Below are positions 55,884 to 64,000 of a DNA stretch of 64,000 nucleotides, one piece after another. The notes beneath the pieces are model-generated. The model had not been told where the DNA came from. It was given only the letters and a program-made list of their open reading frames with translations, and searched no databases. Both the position numbers and the translations under genes were made by a program. Source of the stretch: Minisyncoccota bacterium (GTDB lineage Bacteria; Patescibacteriota; Minisyncoccia; Phycocordibacterales; UBA9973); contig JBAYKP010000001.1 of the NCBI GenBank assembly GCA_041664465.1, forward strand, positions 68,204 through 132,203, written 5' to 3'. The number at the start of each line of letters is the position of its first letter. Within the stretch, counting starts at the first letter, position 1.

Positions 55884-58538
55884 ATGATAACGAAATTGAA
55901 AAATAACAAAAAGAGAGTTCGCCTAGAGGACTATATCTCCCCTGTTAGCTACAATCTGACCTTACATCCTGACCTTTTGTCTTCTACTTTTTCGGGACGC
56001 GAAATTATAAAAATAAAAGTGGATAAAGAAATAAAACAAATCACTTTGCATAGTAAAGATATAGATATAGAAACGGTAGAGCACATAGCAGATGGCACGC
56101 AACAATTTGCCCATAAAATCACATACGATGCAAAGAGAGAAACTGCAACTTTCTATTTTAAAAATAAAATAAAAAAAGGGCAGAGCGAGCTCTCAATTAT
56201 TTTCAGTGGTATCATCAATGATAATTTGAGAGGATTTTATAAAAGTAGATACATACTAGATGGTGAAGAGAAATTCATAGCCACGACCCAGTTCGAAGCA
56301 ACAGATGCTCGCCGTGCTTTCCCTTGCTTTGATGAGCCAGCACACAAAGCAATATTTGAAGTATCGCTCGTAATACCTGAGAATCACACAGCCATATCAA
56401 ATACTTTACCTATTGAAATAAAGGAGCACAGTCTCGGATACAACATAGTATCTTTCTCTCCCACGCCGATAATGTCTACTTACCTACTCGCATTTATTAT
56501 CGGCGAGTTTGAATATGTGGAGGGATATACCCGTCCGAACGGGTCATCCGGGCAGGCTAAGGACAAGGTTCTTGTCCGTGTATTCACAACTTCTGGTAAA
56601 AAGCATCAAGCCAAATTTGCATTGGAAGTCGCTATCAAATCACTTGAATTTTATAATGAATATTTTGATATACCCTATCCACTTCCTACCTTAGACCTCA
56701 TCGCTATCCCCGACTTCGAAAGTGCGGCAATGGAGAACTGGGGGGCCATCACTTTCCGCGAGACGGCTATACTCGTTGATGATCTACATACTTCCCTTTC
56801 AAACAAACAATGGGCAGCGATAGTGATAGCCCACGAATTGGCACATCAGTGGTTCGGCAATCTAGTGACGATGCATTGGTGGACAGACCTCTGGCTCAAT
56901 GAAGGCTTTGCTTCATATATGGAAAATTTATGTACGGATCACCTCTTTCCAGACTGGCATGTATGGGATTTAAATATTGCCGATAGATATGCTGTCGCTC
57001 TCAAGCTTGATTCACTTGCCACTTCACATCCAATAGAAGTAGTCGTCCACCACCCAGATGAAATAAGTGAAATCTTTGATATGGTCTCTTATGCTAAAGG
57101 CTCTGCGATGATAAAAATGCTGGCAGAATATCTAGGGCACGACAAATTCCGCGATGGGCTACGTCACTATTTGAAAAAGCACAGTTATGGTAATACCAAT
57201 ACCGTAGATCTCTGGAATGCTTTTGAGAAAGTAAGCAAAAAGAAAGTAATAGAAATAATGAATTCTTGGACGAAAGAAACCGGCTATCCACTCGTGACAA
57301 TTTCCCCTAGGCAAGGCCTAGGGGAAATGTGGGAAATCAGACAAGAGCGATTTTTCTCAAGTAGAGTGAAAGCTTCTGAATATAAAAATTCAAAAAGTAA
57401 AAAACACTTGTGGCAAATACCTGTGAAATACGAAAGCCTGTCGGATAATAGAGAAGTTATGGATATGCTCATGACTAAAAAATCTGCTCCAATGATTGGC
57501 ACCTCTATCGGCAAAGTAAACAAAGAAGAAGGAACATTTATACGAGTCTGCTATGATCAAGAGACTCTTAAAAAATTGAAAGAAGAAATACAAAATGGGA
57601 AACTTTCTGTGAAAGATAGACTGGGAGTTATTCGTGATATGTTCGCTCTGGCTGAAGGTGGATACATCAGTACGATAGAAGTACTTGAATTCTCTCTCGT
57701 ATATAAAAATGAAACAGAGTTCATCGTCTGGTCTGAAATAGCGAGTGGTATAAATAGAGTGGCAAATATATTGGGCGAAGAAAAATTTAAAAATCTATAC
57801 GATAAATACGTACTCACATTATTTAGTCACATCGCAAAAGAATTGGGGTGGGGAGAAACCCCCTCGCCCTCTGGGCACTCCCCCTTAACAGGGGGAGACA
57901 AACACTCACAAGTTTTCTTGCGGAGTCTAGCACTCTCTATGTCGGCACATTATGGAGACAAGAAAGTAATTACCGAAGCCAAAAAACTCTTTAAAAATAA
58001 GGCTAAAATGCCAATAAGAGCTGACATCCGCGGAGTAGTCTACAACATTGTGGCTGCAAGTGGCGGGGAGAAGGAATGGAAACTTTTCGAAAAGTTATAC
58101 AAAGAAGAAGAATTTCATGAAGAGAAGGATAGATATGCTAGGGCATTAACTTCATTTAAAAATAAAGATCTACTTCGGAAAACTTTAAACTTTGCTATAT
58201 CAAGAGACGTTCGTGTTCAAGACGCTCCATTCATAATAGTGGCCGTCTGGCAGAATAGTATAGGTAAAGACATTACTTGGAAGTTTATAAAAAGTAATTG
58301 GAAAATAATTGTGAAAAAGTTTGGCGAGGGTGGACATTTCCTCTCCCGAGTCCTCTCTCCTCTCGGTACTCATACAAAAGAAAAAGATTACAAAGACATT
58401 AAAAATTTCTTTGCTAAAAATGTCGCCCCTGGCTCTGCCCGCACCCTCCTCCAATCCTACGAACGCATCGAGTCCAACATCGCTTGGCTCAAAGATGACA
58501 AAGCCTCTATCAAATCTTGGCTAACAAAAAATTACTAG
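55884..58538 (+). CDS. pepN: aminopeptidase N (M1 family)
   Basis: GAMENWG, the HELAHQWFGNLVTMHWW zincin motif, and LWLNEGFASY. It carries in-frame palindromic inserts at 57304-57324 and 57845-57897. Confidence 0.9.
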   Translation: MITKLKNNKKRVRLEDYISPVSYNLTLHPDLLSSTFSGREIIKIKVDKEIKQITLHSKDIDIETVEHIADGTQQFAHKITYDAKRETATFYFKNKIKKGQSELSIIFSGIINDNLRGFYKSRYILDGEEKFIATTQFEATDARRAFPCFDEPAHKAIFEVSLVIPENHTAISNTLPIEIKEHSLGYNIVSFSPTPIMSTYLLAFIIGEFEYVEGYTRPNGSSGQAKDKVLVRVFTTSGKKHQAKFALEVAIKSLEFYNEYFDIPYPLPTLDLIAIPDFESAAMENWGAITFRETAILVDDLHTSLSNKQWAAIVIAHELAHQWFGNLVTMHWWTDLWLNEGFASYMENLCTDHLFPDWHVWDLNIADRYAVALKLDSLATSHPIEVVVHHPDEISEIFDMVSYAKGSAMIKMLAEYLGHDKFRDGLRHYLKKHSYGNTNTVDLWNAFEKVSKKKVIEIMNSWTKETGYPLVTISPRQGLGEMWEIRQERFFSSRVKASEYKNSKSKKHLWQIPVKYESLSDNREVMDMLMTKKSAPMIGTSIGKVNKEEGTFIRVCYDQETLKKLKEEIQNGKLSVKDRLGVIRDMFALAEGGYISTIEVLEFSLVYKNETEFIVWSEIASGINRVANILGEEKFKNLYDKYVLTLFSHIAKELGWGETPSPSGHSPLTGGDKHSQVFLRSLALSMSAHYGDKKVITEAKKLFKNKAKMPIRADIRGVVYNIVAASGGEKEWKLFEKLYKEEEFHEEKDRYARALTSFKNKDLLRKTLNFAISRDVRVQDAPFIIVAVWQNSIGKDITWKFIKSNWKIIVKKFGEGGHFLSRVLSPLGTHTKEKDYKDIKNFFAKNVAPGSARTLLQSYERIESNIAWLKDDKASIKSWLTKNY
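57304..57324. repeat. palindrome cccctaggc-aag-gcctagggg in frame in pepN (the same element is found in mnmA at 3915-3935)
   Basis: Identical 21-mer to the mnmA copy. Here it encodes SPRQGLGEM. Confidence 0.7.
57845..57897. repeat. GC-rich composite palindromic element in frame in pepN (same family as mnmA 4368-4450)
   Basis: ggggtggggagaaaccccctcgccctctgggcactccccc-ttaaca-gggggag shares ccccctcgccct.cgggcactccccctt..cagggggag with the mnmA element. It encodes GWGETPSPSGHSPLTGGD. Confidence 0.7.
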
Positions 58539-58570
58539 AACAAAACTGACTAGGTCTTGCCTAGTCGGTT

Positions 58571-59296
58571 TTAGTGTATAAATGACTTGCGATGGATTGG
58601 GGTCTGACCGTGAGTTCTGATGGCAGAATAGTGAGCGCGGGTACCATAACCCATATGCTTATTGAAACCGTATTCGGGGTAATCCAAAGCATACTTTGTC
58701 ATAATCCTATCTCGCGAAACTTTCGCCACAATGGATGCCAAAGAAATAACCGGATGAAGCTCATCCCCTCTTATAATCGTCTCCTGATTTATGTACTCTA
58801 CTGGGGCATGAAGTCCACCATCGAGAAAAATCTTGAACGAAGAGAGCGAAACAGAATCTTCCAAATTTTTATCGGCGTCGGAGCCCTTTAGGGTAAGCCC
58901 TGAAAAATTTGGAAGATTCTGTGAAGCGACTTTATCAAGTGACTGATTCAAAGCTTTCTGAATACATTTTGCAATTCCAAATTTATCAATATTCTCGGGG
59001 GAAACAAAAGACACAGCATAGTCGCAAAGACCTTCGGTCTTTGCGACTTTCAAATATTCAAACCACTCTTCCCTTTGCTTCTTACTAAGCTTCTTCGAAT
59101 CTTTTAATTTTGGTAATTTTACATAGGACGGTCCTATGTCTTTTTTGCCATAAGTCCGACTTATGGCTGATTCAATAAAATTATTATCCTTAATTAAAAA
59201 AGCACAAACAGCCACTGGCCCTGCCAAAGGGCCCCGACCAACCTCATCTATGCCAATTATGTATTTTGTGGTGTCTAAAGCTCCCATATAGAACAA
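58571..59296 (-). CDS. rnhB: ribonuclease HII
   Basis: IIGIDEVGRGPLAGPVAVCA (DEVGRG catalytic motif). It carries two in-frame palindromes at 59121-59167. Confidence 0.85.
   Translation of the reverse strand: MFYMGALDTTKYIIGIDEVGRGPLAGPVAVCAFLIKDNNFIESAISRTYGKKDIGPSYVKLPKLKDSKKLSKKQREEWFEYLKVAKTEGLCDYAVSFVSPENIDKFGIAKCIQKALNQSLDKVASQNLPNFSGLTLKGSDADKNLEDSVSLSSFKIFLDGGLHAPVEYINQETIIRGDELHPVISLASIVAKVSRDRIMTKYALDYPEYGFNKHMGYGTRAHYSAIRTHGQTPIHRKSFIH
59121..59167. repeat. two palindromes (acataggac-g-gtcctatgt and gccataagtc-c-gacttatggc) in frame in rnhB
   Basis: They are related to the mnmA element ctacataggaccgtcctatgtag and the fmt element gccacaagtccgacttgtggc. They encode ...RTYGKKDIGPSYVKLPK.... 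Confidence 0.7.
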
Positions 59297-59325
59297 TCAT
59301 ACCTTATTTGCTATACTAAGAAAAT

Positions 59326-62300
59326 ATGGACCCAAAGCCTGAATTAAACGCCAACTTCATACATCTGCATACCCACTCTCATTATTCTCTCTTAGACGGG
59401 CTTTCGAAGATTCCAGATATGGTCAAAACTGCCAAGAAAAATGGGATGAATGCCCTGGCTATTACTGACCACGGGAATATGTATGGAGCCATAGAACTCT
59501 ACAAAGAAGCTCATAAAGCGGGCATTAAGCCTATCATTGGAGTGGAAGCCTACATCGCCTTCCATGGAAGAAAAGACAAAGAACCCGGAGTAGACAACAG
59601 ACGATACCATCTAACACTTTTGGCCAAGAATAAACAAGGTTACAAGAATCTAATGCATCTAGTCTCTATTGCGAATATGGAAGGCTATTATTACAAACCT
59701 CGTATGGACAAAGAAATTCTAAGAGAATTTCACGATGGAATCATTTGCCTTTCTGGTTGTATGGGTAGTGAGCTCTCTCAAGCAGTCCTCGCCAACAACA
59801 ATGAAAAAGCCGAAGATCTCATAAAAGAGCATCAAGAAATTTTCGGTCTTGAAAATTATTTCCTTGAAGTTCATTCTCATCCTCACGTAGAAAATGATAA
59901 AAAATTAAGAGATGGAATTATTGCTCTTGGAAAGAAATTTAATATTAAAATTGTCGCTGGTCAAGATTCTCACTACCTTTGTGTGGATGATTACAAAGCC
60001 CATCACACTCTCCTTGCAGTTAATACTGGAACTGATGGTGGTAAAGAAGGAACTGGTTTTGAATTCCCTGAAGATGACTTCTCTCTTATAGATGAGAAAA
60101 CTGCTTTGAAATATTTCGCAGACTGCAAGGAAGCCGTGACCAATACGAAATTTGTGACTGACTTGTGCGAGTCATACGACCTTGAGCTAGGGAAAGCTTT
60201 CTTTCCTGACTTCCCTATTCCAGAAGGTCAAACTGCCGATGAAGTCCTCCGCGCACTTGCTTATAAAGGTTTCGAAACGAGAAAGCTTGAAAAAACGCCT
60301 ATTTATATAGATAGATTGGAATATGAATTAAAGCTTATAAAGCAGAAAGGATACCCCGCATACTTCCTCGTCGTCTCTGACTTACTTCAATTCTCAAGAG
60401 ATAATGATATATACACAAACATCCGAGGATCCGTCGCCGGATCTCTCACGACTTATCTCACAGGTATTACAAAAGTTGATCCTATACTTTACAAATTGCC
60501 ATTTGAAAGATTCCTAAATCCAGAACGTCCATCTCTGCCTGATATAGATATGGACTACGCTGATAATCGTCGCGATGAAGTGATCGCTTATGCCAAGAGG
60601 AAATATGGCGAAGACAAGGTCGCTCAGATCGGTACTTTCGGAACGATGATGGCGAAAGGCTCCGTGCGCGACGTTGCTCGCGCACTCGGCCACCCTTATG
60701 TCGTTGGTGATAGAATTTCAAGTATGATACCTCTTGGCTCTCAAGGAATGCCAATGACTATAGATCATGCTATGAAGATAGTCCCTGAATTGAAAACTGC
60801 TTACAAAGAAGAAAAAGATACAAAAGAAATTATAGACTTAGCGAAAAAGATGGAAGGATGTGTCCGCCATATTTCCGTCCACGCGGCGGGAGTCGTCATG
60901 TCCCCTCGTCCTCTCTATGAATTTACTCCTATTCAATATGACCCAAAGGGTGGAAATATCATCACTCAATATGATATGTATAGTATTGAGGATGCCGGAC
61001 TGCCGAAATTTGATTTCCTTGGTATTAGAAATTTAGCCATCTTGGCAGAAGCAGTAAGATTAGTGAAAATAATACATAAAATAGATATAGATATAGATAC
61101 GATAGATCTAAATGATAAGAAAACTTTTGAAATGCTTTCCCGAGGAGAGACTATGGGATTATTCCAACTCAATGGTTCTGGAATGACAAGATACTTGAAA
61201 GAATTAAAACCTTCTACTATTCATGATATCAATGCGATGGTAGCTTTATATCGTCCTGGACCGATGGAAATGATCCCTGAATATATCAAACGCAAACACA
61301 ATCCAAAAGCTATCACTTACCTTGATCCTAGATTGAAAGATATCCTAAGTATGTCTTATGGAATCATTACTTACCAAGATGACGTTTTAATGACGGCTAT
61401 CAATCTGGGTGGATATTCTTGGCTTGAAGCCGACAAACTTCGTAAAGCGATGGGTAAGAAAATTCCTGAAGTCATGGAAGCCGAAAGAGAGAAGCTTCTA
61501 GCTGGTCTCGTCAAACACGGAATGAGTGATAAAAAGGCGGAAGAGATATGGACATTAATTGAGCCATTTGCAGCCTATGGATTCGGGAAGGCTCACGCGG
61601 CAAGCTACGGACTAGTAGCATATCAGACAGCCTATATGAAAGCCAATTACCCTGTGGAATATATGTCGGCAATTATGACTTCTGAATCAGGTGATATAGA
61701 AAAAGTAGCAGAAATAATTCATGAATGTGAGAAAATGCAAATCAAAGTCCTTCCTCCAAATATCAATGAAAGTTATGGTGGATTCACTGTAATAAAAGGC
61801 AGTGACCATACGACTGACCGAACTATTCGCTTTGGATTTTATAATATTAAAAATTTGGGAGTAGATATCGCCGACTCTATCATAGAAGAAAGGAAGAAGA
61901 ATGGTCACTTTAAATCTTTGGCTGATTTCTTTGAAAGAATTAATCACAAGAATTTAAATAAAAAGTCAGTGGAAGCTCTCGCCAAGTGTGGAGCAATGGA
62001 CGACTTTGTCACTCATAGAAATATGGTAATGGGTAATCTGGAGAAGCTTATAGCTTTCAACAAGGAAGCCAAAGGATCGGGAGCACAGGATTCTCTCTTT
62101 GGAAGTATTGGTGGAATAGAAGTGAAACTTTCACTTGATGAACAAATAGAAGCCACTTTGCAAGAGAAACTAACTTGGGAGAAAGATCTGCTAGGGCTCT
62201 ATGTCTCAGGGCATCCACTGGATAATTATAAAGACAAGATAGATAAATTTGGCACATTGATTAAAAAAGTAAAAGAAGAATTAAAGGTGAATATGCCAGT

Positions 62301-62535
62301 CACTATCGCGGCTATCATAGATGATATCCGAATAGTTACTACCAAGAATAATAACAGAATGGCTTTCATAAAAATTTCTGACTATACAGGAAGTATAGAT
62401 GCGGTAGTCTTCTCGAAGCTTTTCGAAACCCATAAAGATATCCTAATAAAAGATACGATCATCGCCCTCACAGGCAAAGTCACAGAGAGAAATGGTGAGA
62501 AAAGTATAATGATAGATAATTTTAAGAAGATTTAA
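59326..62535 (+). CDS. dnaE: DNA polymerase III alpha subunit
   Basis: FIHLHTHSHYSLLDG (PHP domain), the palm/fingers motifs and a C-terminal OB fold. 1069 aa. Confidence 0.95.
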   Translation: MDPKPELNANFIHLHTHSHYSLLDGLSKIPDMVKTAKKNGMNALAITDHGNMYGAIELYKEAHKAGIKPIIGVEAYIAFHGRKDKEPGVDNRRYHLTLLAKNKQGYKNLMHLVSIANMEGYYYKPRMDKEILREFHDGIICLSGCMGSELSQAVLANNNEKAEDLIKEHQEIFGLENYFLEVHSHPHVENDKKLRDGIIALGKKFNIKIVAGQDSHYLCVDDYKAHHTLLAVNTGTDGGKEGTGFEFPEDDFSLIDEKTALKYFADCKEAVTNTKFVTDLCESYDLELGKAFFPDFPIPEGQTADEVLRALAYKGFETRKLEKTPIYIDRLEYELKLIKQKGYPAYFLVVSDLLQFSRDNDIYTNIRGSVAGSLTTYLTGITKVDPILYKLPFERFLNPERPSLPDIDMDYADNRRDEVIAYAKRKYGEDKVAQIGTFGTMMAKGSVRDVARALGHPYVVGDRISSMIPLGSQGMPMTIDHAMKIVPELKTAYKEEKDTKEIIDLAKKMEGCVRHISVHAAGVVMSPRPLYEFTPIQYDPKGGNIITQYDMYSIEDAGLPKFDFLGIRNLAILAEAVRLVKIIHKIDIDIDTIDLNDKKTFEMLSRGETMGLFQLNGSGMTRYLKELKPSTIHDINAMVALYRPGPMEMIPEYIKRKHNPKAITYLDPRLKDILSMSYGIITYQDDVLMTAINLGGYSWLEADKLRKAMGKKIPEVMEAEREKLLAGLVKHGMSDKKAEEIWTLIEPFAAYGFGKAHAASYGLVAYQTAYMKANYPVEYMSAIMTSESGDIEKVAEIIHECEKMQIKVLPPNINESYGGFTVIKGSDHTTDRTIRFGFYNIKNLGVDIADSIIEERKKNGHFKSLADFFERINHKNLNKKSVEALAKCGAMDDFVTHRNMVMGNLEKLIAFNKEAKGSGAQDSLFGSIGGIEVKLSLDEQIEATLQEKLTWEKDLLGLYVSGHPLDNYKDKIDKFGTLIKKVKEELKVNMPVTIAAIIDDIRIVTTKNNNRMAFIKISDYTGSIDAVVFSKLFETHKDILIKDTIIALTGKVTERNGEKSIMIDNFKKI

Positions 62536-62537
62536 AT

Positions 62538-62574
62538 AAAATAGCCCCGCCAACTTCGTTGGCGGGGCTATTTT
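62538..62574. terminator. bidirectional rho-independent terminator after dnaE
   Basis: aaatagccccgccaac-ttcg-ttggcggggctatttt. Confidence 0.7.
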
Positions 62575-62578
62575 ATTA

Positions 62579-63169
62579 TTACACTATAGCATCCTCACTA
62601 TCTATCATTTTCATTATTTTAATCACCTGTTTTGAGTATCCAGGGATGATAGAATCTGGGTTATATTTCTTCAAAATCTTTTCTGTGGTCATTCCATCTT
62701 TGTAATGCTTAGCATTGGCATTGTTACCACTAAGAGTTTTGGAAATATGCTCTATGGATTGATCTACGGATGGAAATCCACTTTTACATGAAGCCCAACC
62801 GAAGTTGTTATTTGGAGCTTTAGGATTCTTGCATGCTTGCTTTCCTCCTGTCGTCTCACGCATAGCTATCGCTGGAAGTAATCTATAATCTATATCATAT
62901 TTCTCTGCTTCCACAACGAACTTCATCCCATAACCAGCGAGCGGAGCATCATATTTCTTAAAGAATTCATCCACTTGTTTGGCTTTTAAAGCCTGTTTTT
63001 CGAGATCCTCCTTTTCTTGCGTTGTTATCGCTGAATCAGATGTCTCAACTTTATTATCTTTAATCACAGTCATGTCTGTAATACTTTGTATTCCTGTAAG
63101 TGGCAGAACCACGGCTAACATAGGAATAGCGACAATTGACTGCAAGTAACGTATTATTTGTTTATTCAT
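62579..63169 (-). CDS. hypothetical secreted protein
   Basis: N-terminal signal/TM segment (VAIPMLAVVLPLTG). It contains ...LPAIAMRETTGGK.... No confident family. Confidence 0.35.
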   Translation of the reverse strand: MNKQIIRYLQSIVAIPMLAVVLPLTGIQSITDMTVIKDNKVETSDSAITTQEKEDLEKQALKAKQVDEFFKKYDAPLAGYGMKFVVEAEKYDIDYRLLPAIAMRETTGGKQACKNPKAPNNNFGWASCKSGFPSVDQSIEHISKTLSGNNANAKHYKDGMTTEKILKKYNPDSIIPGYSKQVIKIMKMIDSEDAIV

Positions 63170-63597
63170 AGTTAACGGCTATACGGACCGTCAGACGCCC
63201 CTAAGGGTTCTACCTTAATCTAACTTTTTGAACTAATCAGATGTAAAGTAAAAAGCTCCTTATACATAATCAATGAATGACAACATACTTGGAACTCCTT
63301 ATATAGTAGCACACAGGCTCATAAAAGTCAATAGTTATAACATAGTTTTATCTATCGTCAAATAGCAAAAACCCTTATTGTATAAGGGTTTTTGCTCATT
63401 ATTTCCTTGACACCCATACGGTTACTGTGTCAAAATAAGCCCTAAAAACAAGGATATCTGGGTATTTTTGACACTTTCCCCTATTTGTATTATAAAAACG
63501 CTAATTTATAAAGATATTTGCTAGATTTTACTTCATAGATTATTTTATCTAAAATTTACACACCACCCTTGCGGGTACTTTTTATGTGTAAAACTTT

Positions 63598-63783
63598 TTA
63601 TACTTTTGAGAATGAACGATTATAACGTTCAACTAAATCACTTTGATCTTTGTTTGATTCTCTTATTACATTCTTTATAAAGCTTTTGTGGTCTCGAGAA
63701 GATGTATTTTGGATAACAGAATAAAGACCCTCTTTATTAGACGTATTACTTTTGCCCATGATTTTATTGATTAATTTCTTCAT
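63598..63783 (-). CDS. hypothetical small protein
   Basis: 61-aa hydrophilic ORF. Weak. Confidence 0.2.
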   Translation of the reverse strand: MKKLINKIMGKSNTSNKEGLYSVIQNTSSRDHKSFIKNVIRESNKDQSDLVERYNRSFSKV

Positions 63784-63792
63784 AAAATTATC

Positions 63793-64000
63793 TTAATTTA
63801 ATAACTTTTCCAAGTCTTCTTTAGTATAACTTATCTTTAAATAAGAATCAATCTTTTCTATATTCAGTTCAAATTTCATACTATCATTTTCAAAATTCTT
63901 AATTATAAGGTTTAACTGTAATGCTTTACCAAATTCTTCCTTTAATTTATTGACATTATTCTTGGCTTGAAAGAATGCCTTAATAAAGAAATCTTTAGGA
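63793..64000 (-). CDS. hypothetical protein, C-terminal fragment (gene begins beyond the window end)
   Basis: Open reverse-strand frame to the window edge, ending ...KEDLEKLLN* with stop at 63793-63795. Confidence 0.3.
   Translation of the reverse strand, partial: PKDFFIKAFFQAKNNVNKLKEEFGKALQLNLIIKNFENDSMKFELNIEKIDSYLKISYTKEDLEKLLN

Overview
This is an AT-rich window (by eye roughly one-third GC) with compact, mostly minus-strand housekeeping genes, typical of a small-genome Patescibacteria/CPR-like bacterium. Recognised genes are alaS (N-terminus), mgtC-like, cutA, mnmA, an rlmI-like methyltransferase, mltG, typA, rseP, frr, holB, mreB, a priA-rpsU-ybeY-ftsA-ftsZ-trxB block, a glmU-N-terminal-like nucleotidyltransferase, gpmI, gyrA, a type IV pilin, rpsA, pth, lepB, hisS, def, fmt, hpf, a lactate permease, cspA, pepN, rnhB and dnaE, plus four tRNAs (Val-GAC, Ser-CGA, Glu-TTC, Asn-GTT). 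The accessory or unusual content is as follows. (1) An operon of five paralogous secreted proteins sharing a two-TM-hairpin, VirB2/TrbC-pilin-like module, one fused to an IPT/TIG domain, sits convergent with a gene for a 36-aa 8-Cys mini-protein. (2) An IS200-like/RAYT Y1 transposase is flanked by a 25-bp REP palindrome with further copies nearby. (3) Several families of short GC-rich palindromes are inserted in frame inside essential genes (mnmA, rlmI-like, fmt, pepN, rnhB), in the manner of Rickettsia palindromic elements. (4) A type II R-M pair plus a MazG-like gene lies beside tRNA-Asn. (5) The PriA homologue lacks the Walker A and DEEH motifs. (6) There are Cys-repeat and low-complexity secreted proteins of unknown function and a 594-aa multi-CxxC cytoplasmic protein. 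No CRISPR array or rRNA was seen.
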